A stretch of DNA of 32,216 nt, taken from the NCBI GenBank assembly GCA_013151855.1, contig JAADHM010000056.1, forward strand, positions 1-32,216. The letters run 5' to 3'. Position 1 is the first letter of the stretch. Every line of letters begins with the position of its first letter. This stretch comes from FCB group bacterium. Its GTDB lineage: Bacteria > Zixibacteria > MSB-5A5 > GN15 > FEB-12. The position numbers were made by a program, and so were the translations under genes. Below are positions 7,653-16,412 of the stretch, in pieces. The notes under the pieces are model-generated. The model was not told the origin of the DNA, made no database searches, and saw nothing but the letters and a program-made list of their open reading frames with translations.

Positions 7653-10600
7653 ATGAAATATTCAAATTTCGTTCATTTACACACGCACAGTCAATATTCC
7701 CTGCTCGATGGTGCCTGTCGACTGGATGATGTTATTAAATTGGCCAAAGAATATAAAATGCCCGCTTTGGCTATTACCGACCATGGGAATATGTTTGGCG
7801 CCGTGGAGTTTTATCAAAAAGCAACCAAAGCCGGCATTAAACCCATTATCGGCTGTGAAACTTACGTTGCCGCTGGCAGTCGCTTCGACAAAAAGCCTTC
7901 CAACCAATATCCCGATGGCGGTTTTCATTTGGTGCTTCTGGTAAAAAACGAAAAGGGTTACAAGAATCTAATAAAATTAACATCGGCGGGATATTTAGAA
8001 GGCTTTTACCACCGCCCCCGCATTGACAAAGAGCTATTGCGACAACATTCCGCAGGCTTAATCGCTTCTTCCGCCTGCTTAAAAGGCGAGATCAACTGGC
8101 TTTTGCTTAACGGTCATACCGAAGAAGCGGTGGCGACCGCGCGTGAATACCAAGACATTTTTGGCGAAGGTAATTTTTATCTGGAAATTCAAAACCACGG
8201 ATTGGAAAAAGAAGAGCTCCTTATTCCCAAAATAGACGCTATCGCCCGTGAAACCGGTATCCCCTTGGTGGTAACCAATGATTGTCACTATCTCCGCCAA
8301 CAGGATGCCGAAGCTCACGATGCCCTAATTTGTATTCAGACCGGCAAAATGGTTTCCGATACCAATCGTATGCGCTATAATTCCGACCAGATTTATTTCA
8401 AATCGGCGGAAGAAATGGAAAAACTGTTTGGAGATTTCCAACCGGCTTTGGAAAACACGGTGAATATCGCCGAATCCTGTCATTTGGAATTGGAAATGGG
8501 GACCTTAAAATTACCTCGCTTTCCTATCCCCAAACCCTTCGTTGACCCCGATGTTTATTTACGTCACCTTTGCGAAAGCGGACTGAAAGAACGCTACGGA
8601 CAACTCAACGATAAAATAAATCAACGACTCGAATACGAGCTGGGCATTATCAAACAAATGGAATATGCCGGGTACTTTCTGATTGTAAAAGATTTTTGTG
8701 ATTACGCCCGCTCCCAAAAAATACCTGTCGGACCGGGGCGCGGTTCTGCCGCCGGTTCTCTGGTTTCGTATGCTTTGAAAATTACCAATATCGACCCCAT
8801 CAAATTTGAGCTTCTTTTCGAGCGGTTTTTAAATCCCGAACGAATTTCTATGCCCGATATCGATATTGATTTTGCCGACCGCGGTCGGGATAAAATCATC
8901 CAATACGTCATCGAAAAATACGGGAAAGACAATGTCTGCCAAATCATAACTTTCGGTACTATGGCGGCCAGAGGAGTTATCCGCGATGTCGGTCGTGTTT
9001 TAAGCATGCCCTACGGTGAAGTGGACAAAATAGCCAAAATGGTACCCGAAGGACCCGGTGTAACATTGCAGAATGCCTTAAAAAAAGTAACCGAATTAGC
9101 GGAGCTCAAAAACAATGACAAACGGGTGGAGCGTTTGATTAACTACTCCCTCACTTTGGAAGGTTTGGCGCGTCATTGTTCTACCCATGCCGCCGGGGTG
9201 GTTATTGCTCCTTCGGCGTTAACCAATTACGTCCCCCTATTTAAAGGTACTAAGGACGAAATTACCACCCAGTACGATATGAAGATGGTTGAAGCCATCG
9301 GTCTGCTGAAAATGGATTTTTTGGGGTTACGCACCTTGACGGTAATTGACGATGCTTTGCGCATGATCAAGGAAAATCACCCCAACAGCATAGTCGATAT
9401 TGATAACATCCCTTTGGACGATCCCAAAATCTACAAGTTATTTGCCCGTGGAGAAACGATTGGAGTTTTTCAGTTTGAATCTCCCGGGATGCGTGACTAT
9501 TTGCGTAAGTTGAAGCCCGAAAACTTTACCGATATCACCGCTATGAATGCTCTTTACCGGCCGGGACCTCTTGACTCACAAATGGTTGATATCTATGTCG
9601 AACGAAAAAAGGGAGCCAAAAAAATAAAATATCTCCATCCCAAATTGGAAAAAATTCTAAGCAGTACCTATGGAGTGATTGTTTTTCAAGAACAGGTGCT
9701 TCACATAGCCCACGCCCTTGCCGGTTATAGCCTGGGTAAAGCCGATTTGTTGCGCAAAGCAATGGGGAAAAAAGATGCCGCTTTAATGGCGGCCCAGAAA
9801 AAAGAATTTTTAGAAGGTACCGACAAAAATAAAATTGACCATAAAATCGCCGAAGAAGTCTTTAACCAGATTGAAACTTTTGCCCGCTATGGCTTTAACA
9901 AAGCTCACGCTACCTGTTATGCCTTCATAGCTTACCAAACGGCTTGGCTAAAACGATACTATTCCAAAGAGTTTATGGCCGCTTTGATGTCATCGGAAAT
10001 CAACAACACCTCTCGTATTTATCAACTGTTGGAGGAATGTCACCGCATGAAAATTCAGGTGCTTCCCCCCGATATAAACGAATCAAAAACTGACTTTACC
10101 GTTGTTGATGGAAAAATTCGTTTCGGTCTCATGGCGGTGAAAAATGTCGGTGAGGGTCCCGCTAAAGCCATAACAGAAGAAAGACTCAAAAACGGAAAAT
10201 ACGATACTCTCACCGATTTAATCAGCCGCATACCGGTGAAGGCTATCAATCGCCGCACCTTGGAATCATTAATAATCGCCGGAGCTTGCGACTCTCTTGA
10301 CGGTAACCGCGCTCAAAAACATCAAGCCGTAGAAGCAATATTAGAATTTGGACATAAAATTTCGGCGCAGACTTTTTCCCATGACCTTTTCGCCGATAAA
10401 AGCGGTGGAATCCAACGGATAGCTCCAAAACTTCCCGATATTCCCGAATGGCCCAATACCAAAAAATTGGCTCAAGAAAAAGCAATGCTGGGATTTTATA
10501 TCTCCGGCCACCCTTTGGATAAGTACAAAGATGAGTTGACATATTTCACCACCCATCGTATTGGTCTTTTACCTCAGGTAGCCGATGGCCGTGAAGTAAC

Positions 10601-11108
10601 TATTGGGGGTATCATCTCGGTGGTTAAAACCACCCTCGATAAAAAGGGCAACACTATGGCTTTTATTACCTTAGAAGATTATACCGGCTCCGTGGAGCTT
10701 ATTATATTTTCCGATGGTTATGAAAAAAACAAAGATTTCCTTGTTGAAGAACAAATGATTATGACCACCGGTCGCATATCTACTCGTGAAGGTGAAGTGC
10801 CTAAAATTATAGTTACAGAAGTGCTTCCGTTAGAAAAACTTACGGAACATTTTAATTGTCAATTGGTTATAAAAATAGATATGGATTGTCCAGATAAAAC
10901 TATCGATAAGGCCTTAACCTCTTTGGAAAAATATAAAGGAAACACCCCGGTGTTGTTAACAGCTCAAGAAAACGGTTCGGAAGTATATATCAAATCCAAT
11001 AAATATGCGGTTAACCTCGATTTTAAATTATTAAATCATCTCAAAGATATATTAGGGGAATCGCAGGCATATTTCAGACCTTTAAATAAAAAAAACAACT
11101 ACCTTTAA
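7653..11108 (+). CDS. dnaE: DNA polymerase III alpha subunit
   Basis: 1151 aa. N-terminal PHP domain FVHLHTHSQYSLLDG...AITDHGNMFG, polymerase core GPGRGSAAGSLVSYALKITNIDP...PDIDIDF, and a C-terminal OB fold. The length shows no intein. Confidence 0.97.
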   Translation: MKYSNFVHLHTHSQYSLLDGACRLDDVIKLAKEYKMPALAITDHGNMFGAVEFYQKATKAGIKPIIGCETYVAAGSRFDKKPSNQYPDGGFHLVLLVKNEKGYKNLIKLTSAGYLEGFYHRPRIDKELLRQHSAGLIASSACLKGEINWLLLNGHTEEAVATAREYQDIFGEGNFYLEIQNHGLEKEELLIPKIDAIARETGIPLVVTNDCHYLRQQDAEAHDALICIQTGKMVSDTNRMRYNSDQIYFKSAEEMEKLFGDFQPALENTVNIAESCHLELEMGTLKLPRFPIPKPFVDPDVYLRHLCESGLKERYGQLNDKINQRLEYELGIIKQMEYAGYFLIVKDFCDYARSQKIPVGPGRGSAAGSLVSYALKITNIDPIKFELLFERFLNPERISMPDIDIDFADRGRDKIIQYVIEKYGKDNVCQIITFGTMAARGVIRDVGRVLSMPYGEVDKIAKMVPEGPGVTLQNALKKVTELAELKNNDKRVERLINYSLTLEGLARHCSTHAAGVVIAPSALTNYVPLFKGTKDEITTQYDMKMVEAIGLLKMDFLGLRTLTVIDDALRMIKENHPNSIVDIDNIPLDDPKIYKLFARGETIGVFQFESPGMRDYLRKLKPENFTDITAMNALYRPGPLDSQMVDIYVERKKGAKKIKYLHPKLEKILSSTYGVIVFQEQVLHIAHALAGYSLGKADLLRKAMGKKDAALMAAQKKEFLEGTDKNKIDHKIAEEVFNQIETFARYGFNKAHATCYAFIAYQTAWLKRYYSKEFMAALMSSEINNTSRIYQLLEECHRMKIQVLPPDINESKTDFTVVDGKIRFGLMAVKNVGEGPAKAITEERLKNGKYDTLTDLISRIPVKAINRRTLESLIIAGACDSLDGNRAQKHQAVEAILEFGHKISAQTFSHDLFADKSGGIQRIAPKLPDIPEWPNTKKLAQEKAMLGFYISGHPLDKYKDELTYFTTHRIGLLPQVADGREVTIGGIISVVKTTLDKKGNTMAFITLEDYTGSVELIIFSDGYEKNKDFLVEEQMIMTTGRISTREGEVPKIIVTEVLPLEKLTEHFNCQLVIKIDMDCPDKTIDKALTSLEKYKGNTPVLLTAQENGSEVYIKSNKYAVNLDFKLLNHLKDILGESQAYFRPLNKKNNYL

Positions 11109-11124
11109 GTGACGGGATCTTAAG

Positions 11125-11667
11125 ATGAAAAACCAGAAATTTTTATGGATAATTTTATTAATTATTAGCTTGGGGATACCTTCTCTTTTTGCTTCCGAAG
11201 ACACTACCTCCGCCAAACAATCGCCACCGGAGAAAAGAATTAAAACCGACAAAATCAACTGGGAATCTTATGATATTGGTTTAAAGGATGCCAAAGAAAA
11301 AAACAAACACGTTTTTATTGATTTTTTCACCTCCTGGTGCGGTTGGTGTAAAAAGATGGACCGAGAAGTATTCAACGATTCCAAGGTTATCGATATCCTC
11401 AACAATGATTTTATTCCCGTGCGTGTTAATGGTGACTCCAAAAAGGTACTTAATGTCAACGGTTACAAAGTGACGGAGAAAAATCTCACCAAGTATGAAT
11501 TTGGCGTACGCGGATATCCAACTTTCTGGTTTTTAAAACCCGATGGTTCCAAGTTAACCACTTTCAGCGGATATCGTCCTACCGACTACATGATCAAAGC
11601 TCTTACTTTCATTAAAGATTATAAATACGATACCACCAAAACTAAAAACGGAAAGAACAAAAAGTAG
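11125..11667 (+). CDS. Exported thioredoxin-fold protein (CXXC = WCGWC)
   Basis: Sec signal MKNQKFLWIILLIISLGIPSLFA/SE, active-site context FIDFFTSWCGWCKKMDREVF, and later GYPTFWF (cis-Pro loop region). Confidence 0.7.
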   Translation: MKNQKFLWIILLIISLGIPSLFASEDTTSAKQSPPEKRIKTDKINWESYDIGLKDAKEKNKHVFIDFFTSWCGWCKKMDREVFNDSKVIDILNNDFIPVRVNGDSKKVLNVNGYKVTEKNLTKYEFGVRGYPTFWFLKPDGSKLTTFSGYRPTDYMIKALTFIKDYKYDTTKTKNGKNKK

Positions 11668-11744
11668 TCCTCGATAGAGAAACAACAACTTTTTATTTAC
11701 ATGGAAAATAATTTGTTTTTATTAAAAAGATAAAGGATAAGCTT

Positions 11745-12383
11745 ATGTCAAAAAGTATCACCGTATGGTTAAGCATTCTCTTGTTAGCTTTTGTGTTTAC
11801 TTCATGCAGCAACAAAAATTCAAAAACTAAAACTCCTCCCGTAAGTCAGTCACCGACACCAGCGTCCACCGTTCAAAATAACAACGGTAGTGGCAACAAA
11901 AGTCCAAAAGCCAAAACTCCTCCCGTTAATCAGTCACCGGCGCCAGCGTCCACCGTTCAAAACAGTAATACCGAAAGTAAATTTTATTTCACCGCTTATG
12001 ATGTTGATGGCACTTTGCGTAATTCCAATAAGTGGGTTGGTAAAGAACCGGTGGTTATCAATTTTTGGGGGACATGGTGTCCGCCCTGTCGCAGAGAAAT
12101 TCCGGATTTGGTAAAAGTTTATAACGAATATCATCCCAAAGGAATCGAAATTCTCGGTCTGGCGGTTAAAGACCAACCTAAAAAAGTTAAGCGGTTTGCC
12201 CAACAAAAAGGTATGAACTGGGTGATGTTGATGGCAGACACTGATTTGGCCATGCGCTATCATATCAGGGGGGTACCGACCACCATCTTTATCGACCGCA
12301 ACGGAAAAGAGGTAGGACGTTTCGTTGGTCCCCGCGATTATAAAACCTTTAAAGAGGCTTTTGAAAAACTGTTGCAAAATTAA
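11745..12383 (+). CDS. TlpA/ResA-family thiol-disulfide oxidoreductase lipoprotein (CXXC = WCPPC)
   Basis: Lipoprotein signal ...LLLAFVFTSC, a low-complexity Pro/Ser/Thr linker, then VINFWGTWCPPCRREIPDL...GVPTTIFIDRNGK, typical of TlpA/ResA. Confidence 0.8.
   Translation: MSKSITVWLSILLLAFVFTSCSNKNSKTKTPPVSQSPTPASTVQNNNGSGNKSPKAKTPPVNQSPAPASTVQNSNTESKFYFTAYDVDGTLRNSNKWVGKEPVVINFWGTWCPPCRREIPDLVKVYNEYHPKGIEILGLAVKDQPKKVKRFAQQKGMNWVMLMADTDLAMRYHIRGVPTTIFIDRNGKEVGRFVGPRDYKTFKEAFEKLLQN
11823..11972 (+). repeat. 84-bp (28-codon) in-frame tandem duplication in the TlpA-like linker
   Basis: KTKTPPVSQSPTPASTVQNN... is repeated as KAKTPPVNQSPAPASTVQNS... The DNA copies start at 11823 and 11907 and differ by only a few substitutions over about 57 nt. 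Confidence 0.8.
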
Positions 12384-12398
12384 TCAACAATAATTAGA

Positions 12399-12440
12399 CC
12401 AAAAAGGATGAATCCATCGGATTCACCCTCTTTATTTGGT
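12399..12440. terminator. Bidirectional intrinsic terminator between convergent genes
   Basis: CCAAAAA-GGATGAATCC-ATC-GGATTCACCC-TCTTTATTT. The stem pairs 9 of 10 bases. It is flanked by an A-run upstream and a T-rich tract downstream. Confidence 0.5.
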
Positions 12441-12455
12441 AATAATAGATAACCG

Positions 12456-13481
12456 TTACGCGGTTTGTTGTTCTTTGGTAAAAAATAAAGTCAGCATATA
12501 CCAGATTATTCCTATGGCAAACAAAAAGCAGATGAGAAAAACGATAAAAATAGACCATTGTGGTTTCATCGGAGTTGTCGCAGGATTAAAAATACCTTCC
12601 AAGTGAATCAAGCGCACAATATGCCGCATCGAAACCATGCTTAAAAGAGATATGGTCATCAGTATTCCGGTAGTACAAAATTTCTTCTGGGAGTAAAAGT
12701 AAAGCGATACCAAAGATAAAATAAAAGCCAATAACAAAAACCAGATGGCGGCACTATGCATAAAGGCAACAAGAATAGATTTTAAAGTAAGCAAATAAAT
12801 CAAACCCAAAAGCATAGCTATAATCATACTCCAGAGATAAAAGTTCTTACCGATTTTAAACACCCGTTCATCATCTTTGCCCAGCCAACCGACAAAATAA
12901 GCTCCTACCGTCAGAGCACCCAAAAGCATGTGTAACCAACGGAAGATATACGACCCGATAGCGGGATTCAAAGCAATTCCGGACTGCACTCTGGCATAGA
13001 GCGCCTTATAAATATCCGGACGTTCCGCCATGGAAAAAGTCGAGCTGTAAACAAACGATATATACAAAAAACCAAGCAAGGCCAAAGAGAGATAGACGCT
13101 GCTACGTCCCTGTCCCATTTTCTTGGTGAAAGCGGCACCATATAAAAAATAATAGCTTATAATGGCGATACCAACAATCCATAACCAAAACCAAGCGTTG
13201 ATGATGGATGCCGCATAAATTTGTTTGGGATAAACCAATTGAATAAATAAAAGAGGCGCCACTCCAAAGCTGACCGTAGCCGCCATAGCCGTGGGAAACA
13301 GCTTAATTAATTTCTGAATCACGGGGTTATTCCATTTGTCGTTTAGTCTCCCAAAAAGGATGATAACTATTCCTCCCACCATAAAATTCATCGCCAAAAA
13401 GTGTAAAGTCAGCGTGACAATATGCAAAACGGTAATCAACCAAAGAGGAGCCGACAGAAAATCATAAGTCGGTAAGCTCAT
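12456..13481 (-). CDS. Polytopic membrane protein, putative second subunit of the CydA-like/cytochrome c complex
   Basis: 341 aa with about 9-10 hydrophobic helices. Its start overlaps the upstream stop as ATGA (13478-13481). The first helix, LHIVTLTLHFLAMNFMVGG, resembles the first helix of the upstream CydA-like protein, IHVFVSHFAIGGG. Confidence 0.45.
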   Translation of the reverse strand: MSLPTYDFLSAPLWLITVLHIVTLTLHFLAMNFMVGGIVIILFGRLNDKWNNPVIQKLIKLFPTAMAATVSFGVAPLLFIQLVYPKQIYAASIINAWFWLWIVGIAIISYYFLYGAAFTKKMGQGRSSVYLSLALLGFLYISFVYSSTFSMAERPDIYKALYARVQSGIALNPAIGSYIFRWLHMLLGALTVGAYFVGWLGKDDERVFKIGKNFYLWSMIIAMLLGLIYLLTLKSILVAFMHSAAIWFLLLAFILSLVSLYFYSQKKFCTTGILMTISLLSMVSMRHIVRLIHLEGIFNPATTPMKPQWSIFIVFLICFLFAIGIIWYMLTLFFTKEQQTA

Positions 13482-15001
13482 TTTTCCCCTCCTTTACTTA
13501 AAGATTTAAAATACTTGATTAAAGCTTGCCGTTCGATATTGCTGCCCGTAAAAGGCGGCATTTGCTCTGCCAAATCACCGGCATTATCAAGGAGGTCATT
13601 ATAATCTTCATCGCTTAAGCCGGTAAGGGATTCGGTATTGTCTTGATAACCACCTTTTACATGACACTTCCCACAACGAATATCAAAAACTTTTTTACCC
13701 AAAGCGACACCTCGCAAGGGATAAACCTCGTTAAGCGGTCTCTTATCAATCCGTTGATAAATATAGTCCGCTATCAAACTGGCTTCTTCCGAAGTCCCCA
13801 TAAAAGGCGGCATCTCGCTCTTGATAGCGGAAACGCCTTTGACCATACCGGCGATAAATATTTTATCGGTGCCGTTGAAAGCCGGCGCCAAAGGGCGATA
13901 GCCGTTTATGGTGTGACAGCTTTGACAGGCATGACGGTAAATATCGGCACCATCGTTTCCGGTGCGAAAGACGATCTGTTTCAGATAACCCTCATCTTCA
14001 TATTGTTGTGTTTTGGCAACTTCCAACCCATTGCCATACATATATTTTTCTATGACATAAGGTTTACGGATAGATTCGCGCATCCATTCAAATCCGCCGA
14101 AAGTCCCCAAGCCTAACAGCATCAGAATAATAGCGATAACAAAATGATGCCAGCGCGGAAGAATAAAACCAAAAATAACAATCAAAACAAAAATCCCGCC
14201 GGCAAACCACATCGCCAGGTCAATAGCCTCTATAGGCATAGTCATGATTTGATGAGCGGCCGTCGTTATCGATGAAGGAATAGCGTTCCAGTACCAGTAT
14301 AGTGTCGGCACCATAATAACCAAACCAATTATAGCCCAAAGAGAATTGTAGCGAATTATCCTCGCTTTGAAATCGCCACTTTTGTATAAAGAGGCAACCA
14401 AAAGAGCATACAATCCGGCAAGTAAAATACAAATACCGGTGCGGAACCACAAAGAAGGCCAAAAAGTAGGATTAAAGAAGCCATCCCAAAAATCTCCCGT
14501 GGTCAACCATTTACCCGGCGTAAGCATGAAGGTGATAATACCGTTGATGATAAAAAGAGACATCCAGGCGGCACCAAAATAAACCCAGCCAATAAAGAGG
14601 TGCGCTTTGACCGATAATCTTTGCCAACCATAGTAGTATAGTATAGCGGCGGCAATCTCTATCAAAAAGAAAGTCCACTCTGTCGCCCAGCCCCAAACAA
14701 AATTGTGAATAAGCACTTCCGTAGCGGTCGGATTCAAAAGACCGATAATAAACCAGATCCCGACACCGGTCACAGCACCGAAAACAACGGTAACCAATAC
14801 AAAAAACTTGCTCAGTTTTTGAAGATACTCCAGCATCACGCTGTCATTTTTTTTTCGCGCCGAAATCTCCGCCACCACCAGATACATTCCGCCACCGATG
14901 GCAAAATGGGAGACAAATACGTGGATAACCGCTATGGAAGCCATCAGGAGACCATAACCGATACCGACATCCCAGAACGGATAGTTCATAAAAATCTCCA
15001 T
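13478..15001 (-). CDS. Cytochrome bd subunit I (CydA)-like membrane domain fused to a C-terminal di-haem cytochrome c
   Basis: About 8 TM helices carrying CydA-like landmarks: H in helix 1 (IAVIHVFVSHFAIGGG), an acidic helix 3 (GWATEWTFFLIEIAAAILYYYGW), and FEWMRESIRKPYVI (cf. E..GRQPW.I). A soluble tail follows with CQSCH...EMPPF and CGKCH...QMPPF. No long Q-loop is evident. Confidence 0.65.
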   Translation of the reverse strand: MEIFMNYPFWDVGIGYGLLMASIAVIHVFVSHFAIGGGMYLVVAEISARKKNDSVMLEYLQKLSKFFVLVTVVFGAVTGVGIWFIIGLLNPTATEVLIHNFVWGWATEWTFFLIEIAAAILYYYGWQRLSVKAHLFIGWVYFGAAWMSLFIINGIITFMLTPGKWLTTGDFWDGFFNPTFWPSLWFRTGICILLAGLYALLVASLYKSGDFKARIIRYNSLWAIIGLVIMVPTLYWYWNAIPSSITTAAHQIMTMPIEAIDLAMWFAGGIFVLIVIFGFILPRWHHFVIAIILMLLGLGTFGGFEWMRESIRKPYVIEKYMYGNGLEVAKTQQYEDEGYLKQIVFRTGNDGADIYRHACQSCHTINGYRPLAPAFNGTDKIFIAGMVKGVSAIKSEMPPFMGTSEEASLIADYIYQRIDKRPLNEVYPLRGVALGKKVFDIRCGKCHVKGGYQDNTESLTGLSDEDYNDLLDNAGDLAEQMPPFTGSNIERQALIKYFKSLSKGGEK

Positions 15002-15037
15002 TTAATGGTTAATTATTTACTTATCAGAAATAATACG

Positions 15038-15065
15038 TTTCACATATCTATGTTTGTTTGTGAAA
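15038..15065. promoter_or_regulatory. 7-bp inverted repeat TTTCACA-N14-TGTGAAA upstream of the CydA-like operon
   Basis: Perfect arms at 15038-15044 and 15059-15065, about 37-64 nt upstream of the ATG at 15001 (minus strand). Confidence 0.3.
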
Positions 15066-15094
15066 GATATAACATATATAATCAAATCTTTTCC

Positions 15095-15526
15095 TTAAGC
15101 CTCTTTTGAGGGCCTTTTGGCAAAATATTTAATAGTATGTTCACAATTATAGCCGGCTTTTTGAAAAGCGGAAATAGACGGATAATTTATATCTTCAATC
15201 AAGGCACACATTACCATAGCCCCTTGTTTTCGTAAAAAGTCTTCACAATATTCGATTAATAGGCTGGCAAGCCCCTTTCCTCGATAATCGGGATCGATAG
15301 CAAGACGGTTGACCCACCCCCGGCGGCCATCAAAATTGCCAATAACCACTCCAATCATTTTATCGCTTTCAAAAAGTCCGAAAAAAGCGCAATTGGGATT
15401 TTCCATTTCTTTGGCAATCATATTCTTGCGGTCGCGACCTTTTGGTTTATAAGGCAGGCCGGAGATTGACCACACCCGGATGATTTCATCATAATCTTCT
15501 ATTGATAATCTTTTGACATTTGACAT
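15095..15526 (-). CDS. GNAT-family N-acetyltransferase
   Basis: 143 aa. Acetyl-CoA binding block RLAIDPDYRGKGLASLLIEYCEDFLRKQG. Confidence 0.85.
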   Translation of the reverse strand: MSNVKRLSIEDYDEIIRVWSISGLPYKPKGRDRKNMIAKEMENPNCAFFGLFESDKMIGVVIGNFDGRRGWVNRLAIDPDYRGKGLASLLIEYCEDFLRKQGAMVMCALIEDINYPSISAFQKAGYNCEHTIKYFAKRPSKEA

Positions 15527-15665
15527 GGTCTTCTTTCATCACATTGAATAGGGTATTAATACAAATTTTGATGATTTCATTCAATTAATTAGCAAAGGGA
15601 ATAATTAAATCAACAAAAAATAACTCAATTTTATTCCACCATAGCTAATCATTTTTGTTAAGACG

Positions 15666-15694
15666 TTGACTAAAGTCAATTTGACTAAAGTCAA
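15666..15694. promoter_or_regulatory. Tandem pair of identical palindromes TTGACTAAAGTCAA (15-bp period), operator-like
   Basis: TTGACTAAAGTCAA-T-TTGACTAAAGTCAA. Each unit is TTGAC-N4-GTCAA. Lies about 140 nt upstream of the GNAT start and about 130 nt downstream of the trmO stop. Confidence 0.35.
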
Positions 15695-15822
15695 TTTTTC
15701 GGCGCAGAAATTAGTGATTATTTCAAAGGTGAGTTATACCAGTTCACAACTCGCTATCATCCTATCATCGATATATTGAAAACACCATAACAATTTAAAT
15801 CCTCAACTGGTGTAACAGTTCC

Positions 15823-16308
15823 TTATTCTCTAAAGCGGTTATCGTCTCTTGCATCTTGCAGTTTATGAATATTATCCTCCAGCCAGCCTTTTCTTATTTT
15901 ATCGTGAAAATCAAATTCAGAAACATAAGGTTTAATATCCAAAAGCGGGGTACCATTTATAATATCAATGTCTTTAATATGTAATATATTGTTTACCACT
16001 TTAACCAAACGGACAGTTGATAAACCAATGGAATTGGGACGAGAAGGTGCACGCGTGGCAAAAACACCGTGGGCTTGAGTATCCATATAAGGAATTACTT
16101 CCAAAGAAAACTTTTTACTCAAATGAAAATGACAAATTAAAATAATATGTGAAAAGCCGGATAAATCTTTTAACCCCCCGGCAAATTCGGGAAAAACCTC
16201 CACTTGTCCTTCCACATTTTTACCTCCCCTTGGTTGGATAGGAGTTTTCAGAGTGTCTTTAAAAGGAGAATGGACAATACCAATCGGTTTATACGAAATT
16301 ATTTCCAT
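15823..16308 (-). CDS. trmO: tRNA (N6-threonylcarbamoyladenosine(37)-N6)-methyltransferase TrmO (TsaA/YaeB family)
   Basis: IGIVHSPF...PIQP..., GFSHIILICHFH, GVFATRAPSRPNSIGLSTVRLVKV, IKDIDIINGTPLLDIKPYV. Confidence 0.85.
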   Translation of the reverse strand: MEIISYKPIGIVHSPFKDTLKTPIQPRGGKNVEGQVEVFPEFAGGLKDLSGFSHIILICHFHLSKKFSLEVIPYMDTQAHGVFATRAPSRPNSIGLSTVRLVKVVNNILHIKDIDIINGTPLLDIKPYVSEFDFHDKIRKGWLEDNIHKLQDARDDNRFRE

Positions 16309-16412
16309 AACAATATTTCCTTAGATTTTCTCTTAGGATATATACTTTTAATAAACAATTGATTTTAAAATGCAAATATAGTTTTTTAATAAATTATACC
16401 AATATAAAAAAC

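Noticed and set aside
7653-11108. Possible intein or insertion in dnaE, and likewise in recA, dnaA and uvrA
   Set aside because: All have lengths typical of intein-free orthologues and continuous conserved blocks.
11125-11667. Thioredoxin-fold gene 16 nt after dnaE as a polymerase processivity partner (T7-like idea)
   Set aside because: The protein has a clear Sec signal peptide, so it is extracytoplasmic and cannot partner a cytoplasmic polymerase.
11934-12377. 147-aa ORF antisense to the TlpA-like gene. Similar long antisense ORFs occur at 13643..14116 (+), 19131..19583 (-), 4527..4865 (-), 8702..9007 (-) and 16966..17298 (-).
   Set aside because: Each overlaps a confidently identified gene on the opposite strand. 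They have no recognisable motifs and look like shadow ORFs.
15095-15526. GNAT acetyltransferase as a possible GNAT-type toxin (TacT/AtaT-like) of a toxin-antitoxin pair
   Set aside because: No small RHH/DUF1778-type antitoxin ORF lies upstream or overlaps the gene. The sequence looks like a generic housekeeping-type GNAT.
15666-15694. Possible miniature CRISPR array
   Set aside because: There are only two 14-bp units separated by 1 nt, with no spacers and no cas genes in the window.
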